Both the position numbers and the translations under genes were made by a program. This document shows, piece after piece, positions 11,331 through 21,002 of a stretch of DNA of 64,000 bases (positions are counted from its first letter, which is position 1; every line of letters begins with the position of its first letter). Source of the DNA: Alloascoidea hylecoeti (Eukaryota); assembly GCA_001600815.1 (NCBI GenBank), contig BCKZ01000006.1, positions 544,450 to 608,449 on the forward strand. Reading direction: 5' to 3'. The notes beneath the pieces are model-generated. The model saw only the letters and a program-made list of their open reading frames with translations. It made no database searches and had not been told where the DNA came from.

Positions 11331-13079
11331 ATGGATAACTTGGAAATTGCAGGAACAACTAAAAAAAATGTTGATTATAATTCATTTGTGCTTGCAGATG
11401 TACCTACAGCTCTAGAAACCAAGTGTAAAGAGGACCTAAAAATTGATGACAATAAGGATGAGAGTAAAGATTCTATAATAAATGAAGACAAATTTGAGTA
11501 TAAACTTCCTAATTTTTCAAAAACTCGAAATAATAATAATAAAAAGTTTTATTCTGGTTTAAATTTTAACTTGGACTTCAAACAATCAAACTCAATTTCA
11601 ATGCCAGGTTCAGAGACTATTTCAAGGAAAGTTTCATCCGATTATAGCAACAGTAATAATAAAAGACCGCCATTATTAAGATCGTTTTATTCCACCTCTA
11701 AATTTATATATAAGACAAATGGTTCTGATTTAAAATTAGAAAGGACAGTTTCAAGCCCACAATCAAATTCACGAATACGCCCTGAATCTTTAACAATTTG
11801 CACAACTGGTACCAGCAATAATCCCAGCTCCTTTTCTAGCTATAAAAAAGAAACAACTAACATGCACAGAGTCAATAAGAACAATATGTATAGTTATAAT
11901 AGTACACCTACTCTATCTAGATCCAGGTCAATATCATCAATTTCAGACTGTACTTTATCTTCCAAAGGTTCAGAAACGTCTTTAGCATCCAATTTAAAAA
12001 CGTATAAACGGCCTGGCTCTGAGACATGGACAGTTGAAAATGATAATGAAAACTACAACCATACCGGTAAAAAGTTTGAGGGTTATGGAGTTGGAACAAA
12101 ATTTGGAGAAATATTTTCAAAACAAAGTTCACCTATTGTACTTTCATTTTCAGCAGACGGCAATACGAACTCAAATAATAAAGTACAATCACAAGATGAT
12201 ATCGATAATTTAGCTAAACAATTTTATAAAAGTTCTAATTCAAGTTTTAGTTCGTTATCAAGTATTGGGATCAAAGAGAACTATGATAGTAATGGTAATA
12301 TAAACTCGCGAACAAATTCACGATTTCCAAGTAATACTAATCTTACAATTGGCGATAGAAGTCCGATAGAGGAAGAAAGACCAGAGATGTTTAATATGAT
12401 AACAAAAGATCTCAGCAATAAGTTCATTTCTTCAAACTTTTCTCAAGTTCTACTAAGTGATAATTATAAACATAAAAATGATAATTATAATAAAAAGCTT
12501 GAAAATAATAAGATTTTAAAAACTACTGAACGTCATATAAAATCACAAATTGGTAATAGTGAAATTAAACTTCAAAATAAGCTGAATACAATGAATAGTG
12601 AACTAACATTTATTAATAACGTATCGAATGAAGTTCAAAAACTTAAAGAGGAATTAATCAATGAAGCTAATCAAATATCATTATCTTCTACAATTATACT
12701 TGAAAATACAAATGGAAAAAATTCGGTAAATATAAAGTTAAAGCTACCATATGCATCTGTCTCGACGGCGGTTAATTTTAAGAATGATAAGAAAAAACCA
12801 GAATCATTTAAATCCAAATTAGATAAATTAAAATTAATTGAAAAATCACTACTCAGCTTAGATGATTTAAAGACTAGAATGTCAAATTCTAAAAAGAAAT
12901 TAAATTCATATAAACTTAAACTAACAAACATTGAAAATAAAATGGATCTTGTAGAATTAAATCAATTAAAAATTTTAGAAAAGAAACAACAATCTGATAA
13001 ATTATTACTTATTCGAACATTTTTTATATTAGCAGTTCTTATTTTATTAAGTTCTATAATATTTATTATAATTAATTAA
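11331..13079 (+). CDS. Ser/Asn-rich coiled-coil protein with C-terminal TM (tail-anchored), function unknown
   Basis: Long ORF with first ATG at 11331, disordered N-half, coiled coil, and a terminal hydrophobic helix (LLLIRTFFILAVLILLSSIIFIIIN). Architecture is like Frt1/Hph1, but orthology is not demonstrated. Confidence 0.75.
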   Translation: MDNLEIAGTTKKNVDYNSFVLADVPTALETKCKEDLKIDDNKDESKDSIINEDKFEYKLPNFSKTRNNNNKKFYSGLNFNLDFKQSNSISMPGSETISRKVSSDYSNSNNKRPPLLRSFYSTSKFIYKTNGSDLKLERTVSSPQSNSRIRPESLTICTTGTSNNPSSFSSYKKETTNMHRVNKNNMYSYNSTPTLSRSRSISSISDCTLSSKGSETSLASNLKTYKRPGSETWTVENDNENYNHTGKKFEGYGVGTKFGEIFSKQSSPIVLSFSADGNTNSNNKVQSQDDIDNLAKQFYKSSNSSFSSLSSIGIKENYDSNGNINSRTNSRFPSNTNLTIGDRSPIEEERPEMFNMITKDLSNKFISSNFSQVLLSDNYKHKNDNYNKKLENNKILKTTERHIKSQIGNSEIKLQNKLNTMNSELTFINNVSNEVQKLKEELINEANQISLSSTIILENTNGKNSVNIKLKLPYASVSTAVNFKNDKKKPESFKSKLDKLKLIEKSLLSLDDLKTRMSNSKKKLNSYKLKLTNIENKMDLVELNQLKILEKKQQSDKLLLIRTFFILAVLILLSSIIFIIIN

Positions 13080-14775
13080 GTCAACCACATAACTAATATT
13101 AATTGGTACAAATTGGGAGATTCTAAGATAAATACTATCTTCATTAGTTAGAGAGTTCAATTATCAGTGGTATTGTATATAGATTTATTGAGATCAATGA
13201 TCAATGAACCTTTTAATTGAATATTTTCCCTTACTGACATCTATTAATTGCAATAAATACCGAGCCAATTAGAACCCGAACGAGTAACAGTATACTACAT
13301 GCAACGGAACAATGTTGTGGCATTCAAACCCTGATACTCCTTCGGGTTCTAGGCAATTGGCGGTATAACTCGAATTAGAATAATGTTAAATAGGAAGTAG
13401 TTGAATACAAACAGAAATAATAAGCAGAAGTATTAAGAAGATGTTATTATGTTGTTTACCCACTACATAATCCATGAAAAGAGGTTGTCCCCAACTGAAA
13501 GGGAGGTAGGTCTCCCCAGATTATCCATGTGCATATGCTTATTTGTGTTTAAGTTTTTAAGTTTGAGAGATCTAGGGATCAATTATTATATCGTTGATCC
13601 TACTGTATTATTTAATACAACATATACATAGAATGGTATAATATATTAAAGTGGGATATTCAAACTGGAACAGGGTTGATTCACGAATTAATGACATTCA
13701 GTTTTATTTATACCGGATTCGACCATTAATAAATTTCCAGAATAGTGATATAGTGTAGGAAAGATTAGACCATATGGAGAGCGATACTCCCCTAAATAAA
13801 GATCATCAGCCAATAGTTGGTCAATTACAATATTTCATTTCTGCTATAATTAATACTTAACAATGATTATAACAATCCAATTCTCAAATCCAGCTACAAT
13901 CTTAATTAGATGAAAAAATGGACTAATTTGCATGCTTCATATACCTGTCTTATATTAATGATTGCATATATCGATATCATTGATAATAATTATTGATCTA
14001 GACTTTTCAGATATTTTATGTGGTGTAAAAATAAGTGAAAATATAAACTATAAAATTCAGTGTAACAAACAAACTGAGATTCTCACGACCGCTTCCTAGC
14101 CGAATTGGAATCCTCGGCTCATCTGATAACCCCCATCATAAATTATATATCAATTCCAATATTAATCCAATTACTCGTCCAAAATTTATAGATACAAGAA
14201 ATACCGGTAGCTGGCCATAACAAAGGGAAATGACCTAACAAACTTGATAAAGTGAGAATCGGAAAGGTATTATTGCTTAGAATTGATATTGTTAACGTTT
14301 ATATTATAATTAATTATTAGAGCGTCAACCAAACTACGGGTAGTACAGGATCTCATCATAATAACAAATATGTAGATGCAGGAAACAACTTAAGCATTCT
14401 CTTCATAGTATAATCTCTATAAACTTATACATGTAGTAATATCCTTAATATAAGTTACGGGGTAAGTTACATACCAACCTCGTCTTCTAAACTTTGGGCC
14501 TTTAAATTTCTCAGTTTCTGGTTATGTAATTAGATTATGTATAAGTTAAGCTTATATTATGATTAGAGAACACAAATACAAATTCTAATATAACATCAAT
14601 TAATACTAGTATAAATTTCACTTTCACCTCCACCTCTTTGTTCTTAAACATCTATCCATTCGCTATTGTATATATTTACTCTTAAATTCTCAACACTCTT
14701 TTCTCATTTTTCTTTTTACACAACAGCTACTACCTTCCCCAATAACAATATCATACACTATAGTTATCGCTACCC

Positions 14776-15882
14776 ATGTTTATCGCACACTTGCTAAATT
14801 CCAATACTAATGGTTTAAATAATGGCTTAAATAAAATACAAAATACAAAATCACAACTTCGGAATAAATTCAATCTACCACAAATACAAATACGAACACA
14901 AGCACAATTGAAAGATCCGGAAGACATTAATACTGATAACGTTGGCGCTAATAATACCACTTATAATGTTGATATTGCTACTGGTACACAAAACTCCAAT
15001 GAGGATGAACAAACTATTCGGGATCAATCAACTATTAGAAAAGTTTCAAAAAACAGAAACTCGATTACAAAACGTTCAAATGTACAACTTCGAAAGCTTG
15101 ATATTCACGATCCTAATTCTTATATATCAATCAATGAGACAATTAACAATTATGGTGTTCAACAAGATATCAATAATTATGATGAATATTCAAGTTACAA
15201 TGCTAAGAAGCAAAAAAAGAAACGTTATGTAAATAATGGTTATAGAACAAGCAATTATCATTTAAAAAGATCGTATGGTGAAAATTTCAGATATGGATTA
15301 ACCGGAAATAGAAATATCATACTGAGAGAAATTCCAATTAAAATGAATATGAAAACAGTTATATCAAGAGTGTCAGGTGGTCCATTAGAATCAATTAGAT
15401 TTGTTGAAAAATCAAGAGATGTTGAAGTTTCTTTTATTGAACATGAAGATGCTGAATGTTTTTTTAATAAATCAATAAATGGATTATTTATTGTAAATGG
15501 TATACCAATTTATCCTGAATGGAAAAGAAATTTGATTAGTGAAAATAATCCAAGAGTTTTTTCAATAACTAGATGTTTCCAAGTATCAGATGATATTTAT
15601 TATGAATCTCGGTATATGAAAGCGAGAAGATGTTTAAGTATGACGCAAATCCAACAATTATCACAAGAAGATATTGTTTCACAAGTTCAGCGAGATTTCG
15701 GTAAATATGGTAGGATTCTAAATATCTCATCTCCTTGGAGTGGAAAAATCGTTGTTGAGTTTGAAAAAATGGAAAGTTCTATAAAAACGTTTCGCCAACT
15801 ACGGAGGATTAATTCGGAGATTGGACAAAAGTATTTGAATTGGCGAATTGACTATACGCACGACCCATGTGAGCTTAGGTAA
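14776..15882 (+). CDS. SSP2: Ssp2-like sporulation protein with two degenerate RRM domains
   Basis: RRM-like segments (RNIILREIP...VSGGPLESI...VEVSF; RRCL...DFGKYGRI...VVEF...IDYTHDPC). Lies near PUS7, as SSP2/YOR242C lies next to PUS7/YOR243C in S. cerevisiae. MSE-core CACAAAT at 14571-14577. Confidence 0.65.
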   Translation: MFIAHLLNSNTNGLNNGLNKIQNTKSQLRNKFNLPQIQIRTQAQLKDPEDINTDNVGANNTTYNVDIATGTQNSNEDEQTIRDQSTIRKVSKNRNSITKRSNVQLRKLDIHDPNSYISINETINNYGVQQDINNYDEYSSYNAKKQKKKRYVNNGYRTSNYHLKRSYGENFRYGLTGNRNIILREIPIKMNMKTVISRVSGGPLESIRFVEKSRDVEVSFIEHEDAECFFNKSINGLFIVNGIPIYPEWKRNLISENNPRVFSITRCFQVSDDIYYESRYMKARRCLSMTQIQQLSQEDIVSQVQRDFGKYGRILNISSPWSGKIVVEFEKMESSIKTFRQLRRINSEIGQKYLNWRIDYTHDPCELR

Positions 15883-15988
15883 TTATATATTAATAATTAG
15901 TAATACAACCAGACACCCGACAGGTCATAATTTTCACTTTCCATAAACCTCCGAGAAACTTAGAAAACCACAAATTTATAGGTTTCAG

Positions 15989-18900
15989 ATGAAGATGGAG
16001 TGGATACAAGATGACCCCGGTATGGCTTGGGCGGCCCCTTATCAGAATCAGATTCCCACCACAAATATTTCAAATCCAGGGAGTGTGGTACATACTCCGC
16101 GGATCCCAAACCCTCATCATAACCAGTATGCTTTCGATCAAAATATAAATGGGATGGTTGGGATGAGTTATTCTCCTATTCAACCACAGGTTTCACAGGT
16201 GCCTCAGATCCCACAAATCCCCCAGGTTCCTCAGATCTCGCAAGTTAACCTCCAGGGTCAGATACCCGAACAACGACAGCAGATGCAAATGACTCGACCA
16301 TTAGCTATGCAGCAGGGTATGCAACAAGGTGTTCCAAATATGACTCAAATGGGTATTCCTCAAATGGTCCCTATTCAACCTTATTCGATTCCTTACACCA
16401 CGGTTCCTTCCCGTAGAAATAAACAAAAACCTCCAAAATTCCGACCATGTGATGCATGTAGAAGAAGAAAAACAAAATGCGCCATTTTACCAGGATCAAC
16501 TGTATGTGTTCAATGCCAGTTAAAGAATGTGGAATGCACGTTTATTGATCATCCCACGCGGAAATCTTCGACTGTGAAAAAGAGGAAAATCGATGATATT
16601 AATAATAATAATAATAACAATAATAGTGATACTCAACAACATTTAGAAGTGAAAAAGTCAAAAAATTCTAATTCTCCTGCCATATTTCAGAATAATGATA
16701 TTACCAATCATAATAAACAAAGAAATAATAATGTCCCTTCTAGATCATCGTTCGTTGTTGGTCCAACTTCTTTATTAGATACTTTTTTATTACGGCAAAT
16801 TCCTTTAAATAATGATCAAACTAATTTATCCGATACAATGTCTTTAAGGTCTGTCTCAAAAGATGTTTTCTTCACTTTACGTGATGATCCTCCGTCGATT
16901 TTTTCAACATCATCAGATAATAATGATCCGTATTATGAAGAACTACAGTCACTTATCGGACCACATGGTCCGGAATTAATAAGATTATATTTTACAATGG
17001 TTCACCCTTATTTCCCAATACTTAATGAAAAAAATTTTATGTCAAAATATAATTCTTCTTCAGGAACAGGAAATATTAATTTTTCATCCTGTTTATTGGC
17101 ATGTATTTATCTTTTAGGTTTAAAATGGTGGGATTATGCTTCGCCTGCTTGTAAATTAGCAGATCAAGCAAAAACATTATCAGTGCATCAAAGGAAACAT
17201 TCATATGCACATCGTTTTAATAAAAGAAATGAAGAAAAAGAAAAAGAAAGTGAGAGTGAAAATGAAAATGAGAATGAAAATGAAAATGAAACTGAAAATG
17301 AACAAGAAGATCATGAAGATTATGATGAATTTAACCCATCAAAAATAACTTCAATCTTACAAAATATTGCATTAAAAAGTTTCCAAAATACAATTAAATC
17401 ACCAAAATTATCATCATTACAATCAGGCTTATTATTATTACAAGCAATTCCATCACAAACACATTCATGGCTAAATATATCAATAATTATATCAATGTTT
17501 GAAGAATTAGGTTTGGGATTAGATTGTTCAAATTGGAGATTACCAAAATGGGAAAAATCAGTTAGAAAAAGAATTGCTTGGGGAATATGGATAACTGAAA
17601 AATGGATTTGTTTAAGGGAAGGAAGAGGTACAAAATTAAGAGAAAGAGATTGGTGTGTTAAAGACTTAACATTTGATGATTTTGAAGATTATCCGTCATC
17701 AAATTCAGCGTCAAATCTATCATCAAGTTCATCAACGAATCTAAATAAAAATAATAATGATATTAAAAATGGTGATGAAATTGAAGCTCATGTTGATATA
17801 AAAGAAGCAACAATGTTATTTCTACAACTAATTTCCTTAACTAAAATATTATCTGAAATTTTGGATAATTTTTATTCAATTGTTTCAATTTCAAAACTTG
17901 AATCATCAAATCCATCAAAGAAGAATAATGATAATTTAATACTACAGAAAATTTTACAAAAAGCAAAACCATTACAATTAAAATTAAGAGAATGGTTTCA
18001 TAATTTACCATTAAATTTACAATTAAATCCATCATCGTCCTCACAACCAAACAATAGTATTAATAGTAATGAAAAGGGAAAATTGTCATCAAAGGCTTCT
18101 TTACATTTGTCATATTTGGCAGTTGAATTAACGCTTCATAGAAAAATCATTACAACAATTTATTCATCTAAAAATGTTCAAAATAACAATAAAAATGAAA
18201 ATATGATTCCAAAAGAATTAATTAATGTATGTCGTCAAGCGGCAAATACTCGATTAATGGCATCATTAGATTTTTTATCATCATTAAAACATGAATATAT
18301 TGCATCATTTTGGTTTAGTTCAACATCATGTAATTTAGCACTAATTGGTACATTTGCTGCATTATTATATGTTACAAGTTTAACCAATCAAGAAAAAATG
18401 TATTATAGAGATGCAATTGGCGGATTACGTTGGAGTTTAAGAGTTCGTGAAAAATCATGGGATGAAGCAAAAAATGCTGAAACTTTATTAAGAATTGCAA
18501 TTGGTAAAGTACCTGAAGTACCACAGGAAGAATTATTCGAGAATAATAATAATGTTAATGAATTAAATGAAGAAAGTGATAAGAATCATTTGATTAATTA
18601 TGATGAAAAAGATGAAGAACTTATTGGTCTTGAAGAATATTATACACCAAGTAGTAATAATCAAATTATCAATGGTAATACCAATGATGTTAAAAATGAT
18701 TTTGAACTATTATCAAGGAGATCAAGTATTATATTACAAGAACATGATAATAGTAATTCATCATCGGTCTCAACCCCAATTGATATTGAACAACATAAAT
18801 TAGTAACAAGAACTTCGAATAATAATAAAAATAATAAAAATAATTCACCTTCATTTTCTCCAATGAATCATGCTCAAGCAACTACATTCCCAACACCAGC

Positions 18901-19315
18901 ATCCATTGGAATTTCATCACCAAATATTCCAGCTACAACAAATTCAAATACTAAGGTTTCAAATCCAGCAGCAACATCATCATCACCAAATAACCATCGA
19001 AGCCCAATTACAACAACAACCGATAATAGCAACTCTAATGGAGTAATGGCACCTTTACAAATTCCAACTCCTGGACTTACTGTTGTAAGCAATGCGTTGA
19101 CACCTTTAGATGGTGATGAATTTAGTCTTAATGTTTCAAGACAAGATGATGATAATAAAAGTAAAATGGAAATTGAAAATAATAATAATAATGATAATGA
19201 TAATAAAGATAATAACAAGAATCAAAATAATACGAATAACAAAAAAGAAATTGATTCAATGGATTCAATGGAACAATTTGAGTTAGGAAACATTAACAAT
19301 GATGGTGATCAATAA
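15989..19315 (+). CDS. DAL81: Zn(II)2Cys6 transcription factor, Dal81/TamA family
   Basis: RPCDACRRRKTKC...CVQC...CTF zinc cluster, VGPTS, and a fungal TF domain with EELGLGLDCSNWRLPKWEKSVRKRIAW. Convergent INA22-like neighbour, as for YIR023W/YIR024C. Confidence 0.85.
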   Translation: MKMEWIQDDPGMAWAAPYQNQIPTTNISNPGSVVHTPRIPNPHHNQYAFDQNINGMVGMSYSPIQPQVSQVPQIPQIPQVPQISQVNLQGQIPEQRQQMQMTRPLAMQQGMQQGVPNMTQMGIPQMVPIQPYSIPYTTVPSRRNKQKPPKFRPCDACRRRKTKCAILPGSTVCVQCQLKNVECTFIDHPTRKSSTVKKRKIDDINNNNNNNNSDTQQHLEVKKSKNSNSPAIFQNNDITNHNKQRNNNVPSRSSFVVGPTSLLDTFLLRQIPLNNDQTNLSDTMSLRSVSKDVFFTLRDDPPSIFSTSSDNNDPYYEELQSLIGPHGPELIRLYFTMVHPYFPILNEKNFMSKYNSSSGTGNINFSSCLLACIYLLGLKWWDYASPACKLADQAKTLSVHQRKHSYAHRFNKRNEEKEKESESENENENENENETENEQEDHEDYDEFNPSKITSILQNIALKSFQNTIKSPKLSSLQSGLLLLQAIPSQTHSWLNISIIISMFEELGLGLDCSNWRLPKWEKSVRKRIAWGIWITEKWICLREGRGTKLRERDWCVKDLTFDDFEDYPSSNSASNLSSSSSTNLNKNNNDIKNGDEIEAHVDIKEATMLFLQLISLTKILSEILDNFYSIVSISKLESSNPSKKNNDNLILQKILQKAKPLQLKLREWFHNLPLNLQLNPSSSSQPNNSINSNEKGKLSSKASLHLSYLAVELTLHRKIITTIYSSKNVQNNNKNENMIPKELINVCRQAANTRLMASLDFLSSLKHEYIASFWFSSTSCNLALIGTFAALLYVTSLTNQEKMYYRDAIGGLRWSLRVREKSWDEAKNAETLLRIAIGKVPEVPQEELFENNNNVNELNEESDKNHLINYDEKDEELIGLEEYYTPSSNNQIINGNTNDVKNDFELLSRRSSIILQEHDNSNSSSVSTPIDIEQHKLVTRTSNNNKNNKNNSPSFSPMNHAQATTFPTPASIGISSPNIPATTNSNTKVSNPAATSSSPNNHRSPITTTTDNSNSNGVMAPLQIPTPGLTVVSNALTPLDGDEFSLNVSRQDDDNKSKMEIENNNNNDNDNKDNNKNQNNTNNKKEIDSMDSMEQFELGNINNDGDQ

Positions 19316-19555
19316 TTAATCTAGTAATTATAATAATGAAACTTTATCATCATGTATAATGACAGTATTATATTTAATGATGGAACAAGACTATAAGCTA
19401 TGCATACAAACAATCTTTATATATATATATATAATTGATTTGTTTAAGACTGTGAATTGCACTGAAGACATTTTTTATTTTTAAGGCTAATAGAGACCGA
19501 AAGAAAAGGACATCCTAATAAACTGAAATATTAAAGGAACAATTAAAAGTTACGT

Positions 19556-19609
19556 TATTTTTATTTTTATTTTTATTTTTATTTTTATTTTTATTTTTAT
19601 TTTTATTTT
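19556..19609. repeat. (TTTTTA)n microsatellite, about 9 copies
   Basis: Directly visible tandem hexamer. Confidence 0.9.
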
Positions 19610-19867
19610 GTTATTTATTCAAAAAAAGGAAAAAAAAATTTTAAGGACTACACATTTAAAACATGTATAATGATAAAAATAAATAGATTCAATGTGCGAT
19701 AATTAATTTAGAGGTTTAATATTGCTTTTATATTTCATATTTTTTTTATTTGTTTATCTTAATTTTATATTTTCATATTGTTTCCTTTATAGCAACAATT
19801 GTAATGATTTTTTTTGAAATTCAAATGTTTGCAATTGGGCATTATCATTATTATTCTTGATGAAGTG

Positions 19868-19983
19868 TTCCACTTAATTTCGGCCACGTGGTGGAGAAAA
19901 TACAGGTGGAATATTGTGTGACCGAAAGTTAGTGAACATCGGGCCGAACATTTGGTTCACCACATGGCCGAAACTAAGTGGAA
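19868..19983. mobile_element. Hairpin/MITE-like element with 26-bp imperfect terminal inverted repeats
   Basis: TTCCACTTAATTTCGGCCACGTGGTG (19868-19893) pairs with CACCACATGGCCGAAACTAAGTGGAA (19958-19983) at 24/26. Degenerate internal copies of the G(G/A)CCGAA motif occur inside. GC-richer than the flanks. Confidence 0.5.
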
Positions 19984-20088
19984 TGACTGAAAGTTTTACT
20001 TGTTAATTTAAATCTGTTAAAAAAATACATGGCTTGAATAAATTTAAAAATTAATTATATAGTATTTACATTAATGTTGTGTTAACAA

Positions 20089-20655
20089 CTATAGATAAAA
20101 GTTTGATTTAGGAGGGTCTCGAGGTTTACCATTACTTTTTTCATCTTTCTGTTCAACTTGTGAGTCCTTAACAACTTTTGCTTCTGATGGTGATTGATCC
20201 ATTTTTAAATCTTTCAATAAATCATTTAAATTTAAAGGATTATCTTGTTCTTCTTCCTTTTCATTCAACTTATCACTTGAATTTCTAAAACTTTTATTGA
20301 TAATCTTCAATTCATCATCTAAATTTAATTCTGAAGGGTCAATCTCCTTATTTTTAATTTTTTCCAATAAAGATTCTAAAATTTCGATTTTTGTTCTATA
20401 ACGTCTTGTATTATCATCATGTTCAGTTTGAATATTTCTAATATTAATTGTTTGAGAGCCTAATAAGAGTATAATAAAGATCAGTGTGATTATTTTACCT
20501 TTTGCTATTGGTTGTTCAGTTTTTGGAATTGTAGAATGGAGATTAGGAATACTTTTTGGAGTAGTAGAATTAACGCGATAGAGCGTTCTGTATTGGTGAG
20601 CTATCAGCCTTTTACAAGGGGTTGTGAGCAATACAAGAGGGTTTGAGAACATCAT
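20089..20655 (-). CDS. INA22: Mitochondrial inner-membrane protein, Ina22-like (ATP synthase assembly)
   Basis: Basic presequence-like N-terminus, one TM helix, then a coiled coil (LGSQTINI...RYRTKIEILESLLEKI). Convergent with DAL81 as in S. cerevisiae. The symbol rests mainly on synteny. Confidence 0.55.
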   Translation of the reverse strand: MMFSNPLVLLTTPCKRLIAHQYRTLYRVNSTTPKSIPNLHSTIPKTEQPIAKGKIITLIFIILLLGSQTINIRNIQTEHDDNTRRYRTKIEILESLLEKIKNKEIDPSELNLDDELKIINKSFRNSSDKLNEKEEEQDNPLNLNDLLKDLKMDQSPSEAKVVKDSQVEQKDEKSNGKPRDPPKSNFYL

Positions 20656-21002
20656 GTTATATTATTAAAATTGGATTCCAGCTTCTGATGGTTGGACATA
20701 AACATTTCGCAGGATTACCTAATCCACACACACACGTGTTGGATCTACTATCACCAAATAATTATTTGGCACCGTTGACGATCGCAAACGGAGCGACGGA
20801 AGTCCCAGGGATTTTCCTGCCGAGGCTCTACTGGTGTTACGAAGACCACCGCTAAAATCACTGCCAACGCTACTAAAACTACGGTTGCGGGACGGTGCGG
20901 CGAAAGAGTGAGGGACATCACGTGCAGATCGCCCATCCGTTCATTATCTCTGCGTCAGTATAAAACCTCTTTCTGTTGCTCTTTTCTTCTAGATCTCCAA
21001 CA

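Noticed and set aside
13300..14500. Possible solo LTR or ncRNA upstream of the SSP2-like gene
   Set aside because: Some GC-richer patches, but no TG...CA pair with a target duplication, no second copy and no convincing snoRNA boxes.
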